A stretch of DNA of 63,740 nt, filler included, from an uncultured virus (IMG/VR IMGVR_UViG_2061766007_003500) (13 parts of one record of this genome joined end to end with filler, not necessarily neighbours in it); one strand, 5' to 3'. Shown: positions 34,554 to 46,434, counted from the first letter of the whole stretch. A program made the numbers and translations. Notes: generated by a model from the letters alone, not told the origin.

Positions 34554-35413
34554 TCATCTCCTTTTGAGCAACTGCACGTCCGTGAACACGCAGTCGAATT
34601 TGCTCGAATCCAGCAAGTCCACGCTCTGTCTTGTGCAGAGCATTGGCGAGGGAGCGTCCATGCGGTCATCTCCCTCGAATTTCACGGTGTAATTCTCGCA
34701 GAACGCGGCACCTTTCGGCATCAAGAAATTATAGGAAACACCGCTCATCGCGTTGAGATAGTCGCTCTCGTTCCAAGGCCTCGGCATTTGCGGAACGAGC
34801 AGGGCGTTCTCCACGCGGTCGTCGATTAGGAATTTCACCACATTCTGCGACTCCAGCTTGTCGAACTGCAAGTCCCTTTTCTGCTTCCTGCAAATGCTCG
34901 ACCATTTGGCGCAGACCATAGTGTGCGAGTTGCAGTATATGAAAACCGCCTCCCCCATGTCGCCTTTCGCCATAGCGTCTTGCATCGAAACGAGCCTGTG
35001 CCTTTTTATCAAGGCGTAGGCGCTCAAGTTGACTATGGGGCACTTGAACTCCAAATTCTCAGAGTCGTCGGTAAGCTCCAAGCCTATCGCGCGGGCGAGC
35101 GCCAAGGCGTTCTGCGCGGGCTTCGTTATCGTCTTGAACATCATTTTCGGAAAGGCCGACACGGTGTAGACGAATTCCCCCTCGTTGGTGGAGTTGAATT
35201 TGTCGCGGTACGGNNNNNNNNNNNNNNNNNNNNNNNCCTGAAATAGCACTCTCCTTCGCTTTTGTCGAACACCAGCATTTTCTCGCAAGAGAACGTTATT
35301 TCCAAATCGCTGCAAGGCAAGGAAACCTTGTCGGTCATTCTCCCCCGCAACACCCTTCCCTCGCCGTTGTCCAAGTCCAGCAAAAGGCCGGTTTCTTTCT
35401 GAGCCTCCGCCAT
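34554..35413 (-). CDS. Baseplate hub (gp27-like), gapped
   Basis: Position before the spike gene; about 285 aa. Confidence 0.5.
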
Positions 35414-35415
35414 AA

Positions 35416-35662
35416 TCAAATGCCTCCGAACCAGCNNNNNNNNNNNNNNNNNNNNNNNNNNNNNNNNNNNNNNNNNNNNNNNNNNNNNNNAGGAAATTGG
35501 CGATACATTTGACAAGTTGTTATTTATAATCTCTTCCTTCATTCCGCCCGAAACTTTGTCCGGCCTGAACTGCCATCCTTCCGCCACCTGTCCTTCCGTG
35601 GACAAGCCTATGGAAAACAAATTCGCTATTCCTCTCGGAAACCTTATCGGCTTGAACATCAT
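35416..35662 (-). CDS. gp53/LysM-like baseplate protein
   Basis: Small ORF with the FRPDKVS...INNN motif, in the canonical position. Confidence 0.55.
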
Positions 35663-36585
35663 TGGCCTCCCTGACCGCCTTGGATTGTTTCTTTGTAAAA
35701 TCCTATGACGGACTTGAACAGATTCTTGGCGTTTTCCATTGCGTTTTGCGTGGTGGTTTGGCTGGCGTCCAGCAATTGCGTCAATCCCGCCGCATGTTGG
35801 GGCGGAAGGTTCACTATGAAATCGCCGTTATTCTCGCATACCACTTGGTCGGCGCAAGTCGCCTGGAGGCTCACCTTCGCCGCCAAAGGATAGCCGTATT
35901 CATTGAACGACTCGGAATACGTCACGTTCACGCTGTTGACGTAGCAGGCGCCGAAGTTGAACATATTTCCGGCCATAATGTTCACGCTGTCGCCCTTGTT
36001 GGCCTCCGAAGCCTTTTCCGAATCGTAGCGAAGGGCGGGTCCGGGAATCGCGTAAAATTTCAAAAGGCTGAGAGCCGCCGCCTGCACGGAGCNNNNNNNN
36101 NNNNNNNNNNNNNNNNNNGCCTTCCTTTAATATTCTGGGATAAAGAAGGGAAAGGAGCGCTATGGTGGGCTTGGCCACCCACTCGCAAGGGTCCTCTCCG
36201 GCGGGGGTGACGAAATTCAACGGAAGGGTGAAAGTGAAAGGCTTCGTGTTCTTGTAAATCTTCCTATTCATCCAAGGCTGTTGCATGGTCTGGCCGCCCG
36301 CCCATTGCGCGACGTTGTTGGCGATTCCTAAAACGCCGCCTCCGACCNNNNNNNNNNNNNNNNNNNNNNNNNNNNNNNNNNNNNNNNNNCCCATTCCGCG
36401 TTCGCGGCGATTTGCAAAGCCCCTCCCAACGGACACCTGACCCGCAAATTCTTGTTGGGGCACGAAACGACGACCTCTTGAGGGTATTTCGGAGTCGGAC
36501 TGAAACCGGAATAAGCGGCGGAAGAATAAACATCCTCCACAAAATTCATCGACGAGCCCAATCCGGGAATTGAAAACAAAGCCAT
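35659..36585 (-). CDS. Tail-tube cap/initiator (gp48-like), gapped
   Basis: YKNTKPFTFTLPLNF...LLYP...PGP...CYVNSVNVTYS..GYPLAAKVSL tube-fold pattern. Confidence 0.7.
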
Positions 36586-36600
36586 ATATAACCCTCCCGC

Positions 36601-37827
36601 CTACGAACCCATAGCCCCCGACGCCGCCACGGTAACGCTGGTATTGTTGGTGTTGTAATTGTTCACTATTTCCCTCAGCTTGGCGTCGGTATTGGCGCTT
36701 CCGCGTTGGTAAGCCGTCTTCGTGCTTACCAGCAAATTGTGCTTGAGCTCGCCGAACAAATTCTTCAATTGAGCCGTGACTTCCTGCCCGGCCTCAACGA
36801 CTTTCTCGCCTCTCGTCGCGGGGGCGTAGGCTCCGCCGCGCCGGTAATGCTCGCTCATTTTGTTCATCAATTCGGGATTGTTCTTCGCGTCGCTCTTGGA
36901 CATGACCCAAGCCGCCTGCATTTTGGTGAGCTCGCCTTTGTCAAGAGCCTCGCCGTACAATTTCATGTATTCGGCGTTTCTCCATTCTTCCGCCTTTTTC
37001 GATTCTTTTTCGGCGTAACTCACGTTGCCGGGATTGTTCAACTCGTTCCATCGCTGTATGCGCACGTTTTGTTCCCAAAACTCGATGTTTTCTTGCAGTC
37101 TTTGCAATTCCAGCGCCTTCTCTCCTAAATGGGCTCTTTCCATCGACCTCAATCTTCGCGATTCAAATTCACTCAGCGTTTCTCCGCTTTCGCTTCTGGC
37201 TTTGAGTTTTTTGTATTCAATCAACGAGCGGTCGTTTTCCAACTGCTCCTTTCTTATTTTCCCTCTTTCATAATCCCTCACCAATTCGGTATTGGCGAGA
37301 GTGTCTTTTTCCGCCCGCTCATCTTCGGTCAATCCGGGATTCAAAAGCGTTCCGCCGCCTAACGGTCCCGGCCATCTGATTTTTCCGACCAAATCGAACA
37401 AACCGCCTATAAGAACGGCTTTGGCTTTCCGCATGAAATAACCGAATTTAACGGGAGCCTCTTTCACGGCGTACTTGAATCCCAAGACCAATTCGCCCAG
37501 CTTTCCGACAATCATGGGAATCAGCAAGGCGATGGCGGCTACGCCTATGGCGAATTCCGCGACCTTGCCAAGAATCTNNNNNNNNNNNNNNNNNNNNNNN
37601 NNNNNNNNNNNNNNNNNNNNNTTAATTAATTAANNNNNNNNNNNNNNNNNNNNNNNNNNNNNNNNNNNNNNNNNNNNTTTTGAGCTTGATTAAGTCGGAC
37701 TTGTTAATGCCCTCGGCTATCTTGTCGGGAAGAGTCTCGTCGCCGCCGTCAGCCCCCTCCAAGACCGTCTGCAAAGAGCGAACAAGAATGGTGCTTATGT
37801 CCCGGCTGGGAAGCGCGGGAGCGGCTT
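36601..37827 (-). CDS. Tape-measure-like protein (pieces on both sides of a linker)
   Basis: Long helical/coiled-coil sequence ending VNNYNTNNTSVTV; sits between the chaperone-like and gp48-like genes. Confidence 0.55.
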
Positions 37828-37947
37828 NNNNNNNNNNNNNNNNNNNNNNNNNNNNNNNNNNNNNNNNNNNNNNNNNNNNNNNNNNNNNNNNNNNNNNNNN
37901 NNNNNNNNNNNNNNNNNNNNNNNNNNNNNNNNNNNNNNNNNNNNNNN

Positions 37948-38073
37948 TTCCTGTATCTGCCACATTTTCATTTCCAAAATGTCCTTCACGCTTCCGAATC
38001 CGTAAAGCGAAAGGGGCATCACCACGCCGCTAAAGAACTCGTCCAAAGAGCCGACTTTAGTCAGAAAGTCCAT
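37948..38073 (-). CDS. gp51-like hub/tail assembly chaperone (partial)
   Basis: Y.FGSVKDILEMKMWQ resembles the S..E..M..W motif; overlaps the gp26-like stop. Confidence 0.5.
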
Positions 38074-38821
38074 CGAGCAGGGGCAGGCGGAACACTAAGG
38101 TTCCGCCGCACNNNNNNNNNNNNNNNNNNNNNNNNNNNNNNNNNNNNNNNNNACTCCGTATTGGGAGACCTCCACAATCGACTCGTAAAGCTTGTGAATC
38201 GTCTTGAACTTGTTGCAGTCGAGCCATTTCAAGGCGTAATCAAAATCGTTGAACTGCTTCACAAGCCTTTCGCCGGTCTTTTTATCCACCAAATGAAGGC
38301 ATCCGCGAAGGAAGGTGTATTCGGTGGAAACCTGCTTGTCGTCGGCCAAGTCGTCCAAAGTCTTGTTCTTCGTGGTCAAATACCAGTTCCACAAGGCGCT
38401 CTCCATGTCGGCGGNNNNNNNNNNNNNNNNNNNNNNNNNNNTCCATTTCGGGAACCTTGTAGCCCCTCGGCGTGGGATTCAAGTCCGCGTCGGAAAGCCG
38501 TATCTTCACCTGGTTAAGGCAGCCGCAAAGCTCGCCGAGCTTTCCGCCTTTCTTTTCGTGGGTGCACGAAACGGTGACTTCGTAATCGTTCTCCAAAGAG
38601 TTGATTTTCACCAGCATGAAAAGGTAGCGGACTTCGGCCATAGTGAGCTTTCCCGCGTCCTCTTCCACCAAATCTTTCAATATGGAAATGGCGACGTCTT
38701 CGGGAATCTGCCCCTCCGAGGTGGCCAACTGCGCGTAATGGCGCCCGGACATATCCAAGTCGATGTTGACTTCCTTCAACTGCGAAAGTTCGGGAGCCGG
38801 CAATTTCACAATCTTTCTCAT
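38057..38821 (-). CDS. gp26-like baseplate hub assembly protein, gapped
   Basis: KLTMAEVRYLFMLVKINS...C..C and C-terminal CGG..V.RL. Confidence 0.7.
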
Positions 38822-38846
38822 TTTTTGAAAACTCCTATAATGGAAA

Positions 38847-39564
38847 TTATAGAATCGTCAATAGCCGAAATTGTTGGGTCCGGAGTAAGGCTTGTTCAAA
38901 ATCCCCTTTATGTCNNNNNNNNNNNNNNNNNNNNNNNNNNNNNNNNNNNNNNNNNNNNNNNNNNNNGACGCGAACGGGGAATATCTGCCTGAATTCCTGC
39001 TTGCACTTGTATTGGAGGAACGGGTCCACGTCAATCTCTCCGAACGGGCTCAGATTCTTCAGCGCGCCTTGGGCGGTCGAAAGCGCCCCTAAAGCGGACG
39101 TTCCTATGACGCTTCTCACCGCGTTCGTCACCGCCCCTCGCGCCGCGGAAACNNNNNNNNNNNNNNNNNNNNNNNNNNNNNNNNNNNCGGCGTAATCGAC
39201 GGTGTTCAAGGTGTTTTCGTAAGTGGCGTAAGTGGCCTTCCAGCACAATTTTTCGCCGGGGAATCCAAAGGCTCTCATCGCGAAAGAGTTGGCGCCGGAA
39301 TTGACCTTTGGAACTATTCTTTCCAGCCAATTCTTGTGGAAGTTGTAGACGGTGTCGTAGGTGTCGTCGTAATAGGTCACGACGATGTCTCCGAGTTTCT
39401 TGGACTTCGGAACGGGAAATTTAAGAGGGCCGACGTCGTATTCGTCCAACTCTATCTCGTCTTCGGGAAGGTTGACGCTTTTGGCCATTTGGGAAACGTA
39501 ATCCAACAGCGCGCCGTTTATAAGGGCGACGGTGACAAGCAAGTCCACCGCCGAAACGGCCAAA
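38847..39564 (-). CDS. Tube-fold baseplate protein (gp54-like), partial
   Basis: KSVNLP...P....GDIVVTYYDD...VYNFHKNW...FRQIFPVRV. Confidence 0.7.
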
Positions 39565-39817
39565 NNNNNNNNNNNNNNNNNNNNNNNNNNNNNNNNNNNN
39601 NNNNNNNNNNNNNNNNNNNNNNNNNNNNNNNNNNNNNNNNNNNNNNNNNNNNNNNNNNNNNNNNNNNNNNNNNNNNNNNNNNNNNNNNNNNNNNNNNNNN
39701 NNNNNNNNNNNNNNNNNNNNNNNNNNNNNNNNNNNNNNNNNNNNNNNNNNNNNNNNNNNNNNNNNNNNNNNNNNNNNNNNNNNNNNNNNNNNNNNNNNNN
39801 NNNNNNNNNNNNNNNNN

Positions 39818-40324
39818 GTAAGTCCGCGCTTGGATTTGTCCTCTTCGTTGCTGTCCCATTTGATGTTGACCTTGAGCTTGGTGATATTGTCGCCATCTTT
39901 AGTCAGCTCATCGGTGGAAACTTCATAAACGCGGCATCCGACCAACCGGCGGTAAGCGGTGATGGTCTCCTTGTCCACGGAAACCTTGGCCACGCCCACG
40001 TTGAACTTTCCCTGAGTTCCCCAAACGGCGGCTTGGTTGTACTCGTTTCCGGTCATATCCTTCAAGGCGCAGAAGAAATCGTAAGCCCATTGGTCTTCAT
40101 CGTCGAAGAATTCAAAGTCGCTTTCGCGGGTGGAGNNNNNNNNNNNNNNNNNNNNNNNNNNNNNTTGTTCGTCTTTCTGTCGGGAAAAACGGCCTTGGTG
40201 TTGTAAATGTCCGCCTCTTTGCTGAATGAAAGGGATTGCGGAAAGGCCGCCAAGACCGCCGCCGGAACGCTCTCGAAAAACACNNNNNNNNNNNNNNNNN
40301 NNNNNNTTCACATGCTATGGGCAT
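39818..40324 (-). CDS. Tail tube protein (gp19-like), gapped
   Basis: Follows the sheath gene; AVFPDR, FEFFDDEDQWAYDFF, L.GC....STDEL...I.KLKVNIKWD. Confidence 0.75.
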
Positions 40325-40358
40325 ATTTCTATCTCCTTCTCGTTTTAATATTTAACAA

Positions 40359-40383
40359 CCGGAGGGAGGATTTCTCCCTCCGG
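40359..40383 (-). terminator. Stem-loop between sheath and tube genes (weak terminator or RNA-stability hairpin)
   Basis: CCGGAGGGAG/CTCCCTCCGG 10-bp stem; only TTGTT follows. Confidence 0.55.
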
Positions 40384-40395
40384 CTAAAATCCAGC

Positions 40396-42767
40396 TTAAA
40401 GGCTGTTGGTGATTTCCAACTCCAATTCGATGACTTCAGAGTCTTTGGAGATTTGAACCTTCATAGGCACCCGGAGGACCCTTCCCGAACGCTGCGCCTC
40501 TTCGTAGGTCGGCATTTTGATTTCGTAGGCGAACACAAAACCTTTCGTCACGAAGCTGTCGAAAATGCTTGTCAAGCCCGAAGACTGTGTGAGCAGGTCG
40601 CTTCTCGTCATATAGCGGAAGTTGAACTGCCGCTCGAACGTTACGATTTGGTCGCTCAAGTCGTCGATTATGAAAATCGGCGCGATGTAGCTCAAGTCGG
40701 TGTTCAAGGCGTAGTTCGTTCTNNNNNNNNNNNNNNNNNNGTTGACCCTCTGCCAGTTTATGCGATTGGTCTTCAGCTCGTTCTGGTACATCTCGTAGTC
40801 GCAGGCAATCAAGTCCTCGGCGGTAATCGTTCCGTAAGTGGGGCCTGCGGGCGGGAAGCAAAGGTTTCCGTAATTCTTNNNNNNNNNNNNNNNNNNNNNN
40901 NNNNNNNNNNNNNNNNNNNNNNNNNNNNNNNNNNNNNNNNNNNNNNNNNNNNNNNNNNNNNNNNNNNNNNNNNNNNNNNTTCCAAGACTCCAAGTCGATG
41001 TAAGAAGCGTAGGCGGGAGCGTCCACGAAGTCGTGAATCTTGAGGCTTTGGCATTTGGAGGCGATTCTATTCACCACGCTGATGTCAGTCAAACCGTTCA
41101 TAAAAAGAAGGTTGTCGCCGCAAGTGTCAAGAACGGTGGTGTCGATGTCGATGGCCGAAATCGCGTCGCGTCCATTGCTGCCGTTCTCCAAAGTCACCCA
41201 AGAACGGGGCTTTTCCCAATTTCCGGGAATGGAGCCGTTGCCCAAGTAAATCTGGATGTCGCCAAAATTCACCTTCTCCCAGTAAATGCCGGATTCGGCA
41301 TTCGTGCTGAAGTCCACCTCTTTTTGGATAAGGTATTGGCCGTTCTCAAGCTTGGATTCCTGCAAAGTCCAATTGGAGATTGTCGAGGGAACGACCCTTG
41401 CGTTCCAAAATGTGTCCCTTGAAATCGGAGAGAAAAGCGTGACCGTAAGCTTATCGTTTTCCCAAACGGCGTCGCCTATCGATTTGCGCTGCACGCTCTC
41501 TTCGGAAGTGTAAACGGCGTAGTAAATGTCGCTGTTGGTCGGATGGTCATTCAAAGCGTTGGTAATCTGTTCGTTTGTTTCGGCGTTGTCGCTGAAACTG
41601 ATGGCGGTTGAGGTAAACGACATCGCCTTATACCAATAGTTGTCTTGCTTTTTGTAAAAACCCGTGCTTACATTGCTTTCGGTGTAAACGTAAGGTTTCA
41701 AAGTCTTAAACGGATTCGGAGACCCTGCGAAAAGAGCGGCGAGAGTGGCCGNNNNNNNNNNNNNNNNNNNNNNNNNNNNNNNNNNNNNNNNNNNNNNNNN
41801 NNNNATTTTGTAATAATCCACCCCTTCGTTGGGCGTCACGTAAATTTTACCCGGTTCCAAATTAGAATCGCTTTCCTTGGCGACATAACCTTTTCCCAAA
41901 GTTTCGCCGCCAGTGCCGCTTTGACCGTCAGGAGTAAAAACCTCGCAATTTTCATTATACGCCGTAGAATCTCCGTTGAATCTCCAAGCGTTAGTAGTCT
42001 TATTGTAAACCGCGCTCTGAACCGTTCCTATTTTAGTCCAAGTTCCGGGATTGCCTTCCGGCTGGGCGGCCATATCGCTCGTGTCAAGGTTGTAGAAATG
42101 CGACCCCGGTTGGCCGTCGCTCCAAGCGTTTTCATAATGATAGTTAATCACATCATCGACAATCGCGCCGTCCACGACTTTGTAAACCTTGTAACTGTCG
42201 TCCGCGTTTTTCTTTATGATTCCGACGATGGTGTTGTTGGAAGAATTGTAGAAAACGCATCCTCCGCAAATTTCCTTGGAATCGAAAGCCTTCGTCTCGG
42301 TTTGGGAAACGTCGTCAAAAACGATTGTTTGCGCGGCGGTGCTCACCGCGCCTTCGTTCGGAACCTGAACAACATCCGGAGTGGGCGAAAGCCTGACCGC
42401 NNNNNNNNNNNNNNNNNNNNNNNNNNNNNGTATTTGTGGGCGACGGCGAAAAGCGGAGACGGGTCCATTCTCGTGACATCGTCAAACGAGTCGCAGTCGG
42501 GGTCCGAAGCCTTGTCTGAAGACGCGTCCGTGAAATAGGCGTTGGCAATCTTCGCGTCTTGGTTGATTCTCCAAACGTCAATGTAGGACATATTCTCCAA
42601 AAGCTTTTGGAGTCCGTAATAATTGGAATTGTATTTAAGGTCATAGCCAACCAAGTCCTTGAATGTATTGGCGGTAACGCGGNNNNNNNNNNNNNNNNNN
42701 GGGTTGTTCCGCCGGTAATGAAGGAATTGTCCGTAATCGTCAAATATACGCCAGACGCTTTGTCCAT
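40396..42767 (-). CDS. Contractile tail sheath protein (one gene broken by gaps)
   Basis: N-terminal MDKASGVYLTITDNS. Core FVDAP, PPAGPTYG, L..NRINW. C-terminal LRVPMKVQI....EVIELELEI. Confidence 0.85.
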
Positions 42768-42803
42768 TTTTCTTCTCCTTTTTTTCAGAAAGTTTAACTT
42801 GCT

Positions 42804-42814
42804 AAAATATATAA
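42804..42814 (-). promoter_or_regulatory. Candidate late promoter TTATATATTTT
   Basis: The same 11-mer occurs upstream of virion genes at 33477-33487 (-) and 59680-59690 (+). Confidence 0.5.
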
Positions 42815-43072
42815 ACAATCGCCGAGGTTTCGCTTATTTTATGGTGAGAGTTCCTTTTCCGTTGGAAATCTCGTACCATAAATTCACGTCCTCTTTCGAT
42901 ACGGGTTGAATCTCCAAGTTGTTCATAAACGCGCGTTTATCGGTATCTTGCCTATTGTCGCTTGCGTTTACANNNNNNNNNNNNNNNNNNNNNNNNNNNN
43001 NNNNNNNNNNNNNNNNTTAATTAATTAANNNNNNNNNNNNNNNNNNNNNNNNNNNNNNNNNNNNNNNNNNNN

Positions 43073-43927
43073 ACTTTCAACGAGCTCGCCAGGGTCATTC
43101 TTTCCGTAATCGACGCAAATGTCGACAACCTCGACGTCAAGTCCAATTTGAAACAACTCTTGGCCGAGCTTTCCGGCTTTTTTTTGGGCGGACGGCTCGC
43201 TGTCAAACGCCAAGAAAACTTTCTTGAATCTCTTCGAAATCAGCAGTTTTTGGGAATTCGTAACGGATGTTCCCAAAGAGCAGCAGCAGTCATCTCCCAT
43301 CTTTAAAACATCAAACGGCCCTTCAACGATTATAACCGAATCGCCGCGACAATTGTCAAGATTAAAAAGAACATCCTTTGGATTTACGGCGGACGCTTCA
43401 ACCGAAAGATTCTTGTATCTCGGAATGCCCAACTTTTTAATCGAATCTTTCGGCAGTATCGACCTTCCGGTCCACGACACCAATCGTCCTTCGTAAAATA
43501 TCGGAATTATAATTCTATAAGACCACTCTCCGGCCAATCCGCCGCCTTTTATTCCGAATTTCTTTTGAAGATAGGAAACATCGAACCCTCGATTTTCAAG
43601 GTATCTTTTTTCGGATTCCGTCAGATTATCNNNNNNNNNNNNNNNNNNNNNNNNNNNNNNNNNNNNNNNNNNNNNNNNCGCGAACGATGTCTCGCCGACT
43701 AACTTTCTAGCCTCAAAGGGAGAGACTTTCAAAATTAAGGACAAAGCCTCTACCCAATTGTGCTTTCCGCATCGCCAACAATTGAAAGCCGGGACGGTCT
43801 CCGAAAATCCGCCATTGCAGTGAACATCAATCGGATTGCGGCAAAACGGACAATTTACATTCGTCCACCCGCGGCTCTCTCTGACCTCAATGTTCCTATC
43901 TTTGAATATCTTGGCGAATCTGCCCAC
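43073..43927 (-). CDS. DNA primase (zinc finger + TOPRIM)
   Basis: CPFC...C..C zinc finger, RIIIPI, GRSI, IVEGPFD, FLAFDSE. Confidence 0.9.
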
Positions 43928-43954
43928 GAAAAACCGCCCCTCTTTTTCAATCCT

Positions 43955-44302
43955 TTATTTAGCGGTCTTTTTGCTTACTTTTTCAATAAGCTTTTTCATC
44001 TCATCGAGCTGCGATTGGAAAGACTTGATTTGCGCGCTCTGACTCTTGATAAGCTCGGACTGGGTCTCAACAAGCTTGGACATCGTAGACGAATCGCTTT
44101 CAGTCACCGTAGATGTAATTCCGCTTGAGAATTCATCCTTTCTTTTTTCAATCAACTCCAAATCCGCCTCATCCAATTGCTTAAGGTATTTTCCGTCCTT
44201 CCCCTTGACTTGAGCCAAGCAAACCACCGGATGCGGAAGAGCCAGCAAGTTAATGGCGTCATTGTAATCGATGTAAGTACCCTGCTCATCGGTATCGGGG
44301 TC
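43955..44302 (-). CDS. Hypothetical protein with coiled-coil C-terminus
   Basis: ORF downstream of a TTGACG-N17-TATAAT promoter (about 44385-44413). Confidence 0.55.
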   Translation of the reverse strand, partial: DPDTDEQGTYIDYNDAINLLALPHPVVCLAQVKGKDGKYLKQLDEADLELIEKRKDEFSSGITSTVTESDSSTMSKLVETQSELIKSQSAQIKSFQSQLDEMKKLIEKVSKKTAK

Positions 44303-44395
44303 NNNNNNNNNNNNNNNNNNNNNNNNNNNNNNNNNNNNNNNNNNNNNNNNNNNNNNNNNNNNNGTACAGCCTCCTATGACTTTAATTATAGAAAT

Positions 44396-45041
44396 TTACG
44401 CGGCGACCGTCAAATTGACATCCGAATTTTTCCAAAATCGCCTGATTTCGCCCATAATGGATTCTACAATTTCCTTGGAATATCCGAATTTCTTTGAAAT
44501 TTGAGATGTTTTGGGACAAGTGCGGCGGGACTTGCTTTCCCATTCACGGCTTAAAATGTATTTCAAAACTCCATAAGCTTCGTAACTTAACAAAGCTTTC
44601 GCATCGCCGAGCATGCTTTTTACATCCTCATCCAAATTATAATCCCGTGAAATTATCGAATCCTCATAACAATCTATGTCGGGCTCAGGGTATGGCTCGT
44701 GCAAAGCGTCTTNNNNNNNNNNNNNNNNNNNNNNNNNNNNNNNNNNNNNNNNNNNNNNNNNNNNNNNNNNNNNNNNNNNGTTGGATATACAAATAAGTCG
44801 TAAATTTGGAATTCTTATCGCTCTTGTAATTCTCCAAGCACCAAGCGTATACGAAATACGCCTCGGACAGCAAATCGTCGAATTCTACATCCGACCTTGA
44901 ATNNNNNNNNNNNNNNNNNNNNNNNNNNNNNNNNNNNNNNNNNNNNNNNNNNNNNNNNNNNNNNNNNNNNNNNNNNNNNNNNNNNNATTTGTAAATTAAA
45001 TTCCGGCAATTATCAAAGTTAGACGACGATTGATTTTCCAT
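44396..45041 (-). CDS. Phage RNA polymerase sigma factor-like protein A (gapped)
   Basis: Region-2-like VEFDDLLSEAYFVYAWCLENYKSDKNSKFTTYLYIQ; C-terminal HTH-like SQISKKFGYSKEIVE. Confidence 0.75.
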
Positions 45042-45080
45042 AGAAATTTCTCCCACAAAGAATTTTTTTATCGTGCCGTC

Positions 45081-45109
45081 AATATAACACAAAAAGAAAA
45101 AAAAGTAAA
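45081..45109 (-). promoter_or_regulatory. Early promoter motif copy driving sigma-like gene A
   Basis: TTTACT-N17-TATATT with TGT, 40 nt before ATG 45041. Confidence 0.65.
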
Positions 45110-45171
45110 GNNNNNNNNNNNNNNNNNNNNNNNNNNNNNNNNNNNNNNNNNNNNNNNNNNNNNNNNNNNNN

Positions 45172-45550
45172 CCGCCGCCGCCAAATTCCTTTGCTTCATT
45201 AAAAATTCATCGAGGGCGTTGTCACTTTTGCTATTTTTGGGAGGGTCAAGGGCTTTCATCATCACTTGTCCCTTAATCATAGTCTCCAAGAGCCTTCTGC
45301 GGCTGTCAATCACGCTCATCTTGGCTTTAGACAACACGTCCACCGCCTTGACCAATTGCTCCGGGTCAAGCTGCAAAGTGCCATCGTCTATAATCGATTG
45401 AAGGGCATCCATCGCACCTTGAGTAGTTTTATCCAACTTCTTTTCATAATCCTCGAAGGATTTTGAGGACATTATGTCAAACGCTTTCTTTATGTCGGGA
45501 AGAATCTCCGCCAACTCCTTGTTGCTTTCCTTTCCGGTAATCTTTTCCAT
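45172..45550 (-). CDS. Helical hypothetical protein
   Basis: GGAGG RBS; end lies in a gap. Confidence 0.6.
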
Positions 45551-45553
45551 AAA

Positions 45554-45892
45554 TCACCCCTCCGATTTAATGACGGGTATGTAATAATGATTCAGCACTT
45601 TCTTCTCGCGGTCTATGACTATCCACTCATCGTCGCCGCAATCTATGACATCATCCTTTTCGTAATCGGCGTATTTCCGCTCATCGTCCTCGATGAAATG
45701 AACGTTTCGAAGGCTGGGGGAGCACAGCCTTCTTTTTGAAGGTATGTGCAAATCCTGCCCCTCGAAAACATGCATCCACAATAAAAATTGCTCTCCAAGT
45801 ATCAAGTAGCCCGCTATCACCTTGTCCATATCCAAATTATTTTTCACCGCAAGACTGGCCAGCAAATTGTCATTCTCTTTTTTAAACGTCAA
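45554..45892 (-). CDS. Hypothetical protein, weak Mor/C-activator-like segment
   Basis: FLLWMHVFEGQDLHIPS resembles the L..fGG..yiP dimerisation motif. Confidence 0.35.
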   Translation of the reverse strand: MTFKKENDNLLASLAVKNNLDMDKVIAGYLILGEQFLLWMHVFEGQDLHIPSKRRLCSPSLRNVHFIEDDERKYADYEKDDVIDCGDDEWIVIDREKKVLNHYYIPVIKSEG

Positions 45893-45914
45893 TTCAAACC
45901 CCCTCCCGAAAGCG

Positions 45915-46417
45915 TTACAGCCTTTTATTCTCTTTTATTTTCCACGCCGAAAACGCAATCATTCCTGGCGTCCACTTCTCTTCCTTATAATCATCGTACA
46001 ATTCATCTATATTTACTTCCACGCCCAACGAATTCGCGTATCTCACGAAACCCTCGAAAATGAAGTAAGGATTGTTCTCGGTTTTCGCGACCAAATCGGT
46101 CTGCAAGACCGGACTTTCGCAGTCTATCTCCACCTTTTTGGACTTCAACTTGGTGAACATTCGCCAAGCCTCATTGTTTATGCGGCTAAGGCAGAATGTT
46201 TGAATGGTGGCGATGTTAGGGTCAAACTCCGGAAGCTTGGAAAGCAAAGCCTCCCAGCAAATGCTTTTGAAAGTCTCAAAGTCTACAAAAAGCTTCCAAT
46301 GGTAAAAAATCTTGGTTATCCAATATTCGTAATCTTTTATGAACCCTTTGGTAATTTTTCCTTCCGTAAGATATGAAGAGAATCCAAAATACTTTTGCTT
46401 TTTTACCGGCTTCCCTT
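45915..46417 (-). CDS. Sigma factor-like protein B (start in gap)
   Basis: The frame stays open upstream of the track start and reads VDFETFKSICWEALLSKLPEFDPNIATIQTFCLSRINNEAWR, a sigma region-2 pattern. Confidence 0.6.
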
Positions 46418-46434
46418 NNNNNNNNNNNNNNNNN

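Noticed and set aside
28768..42767. Tail module as an eCIS/tailocin
   Set aside because: Terminase, replisome and shared promoter motifs on other scaffolds indicate a complete phage.
45172..45550. Possible small terminase subunit
   Set aside because: Only helical character and size support it; no motif and not adjacent to terL.
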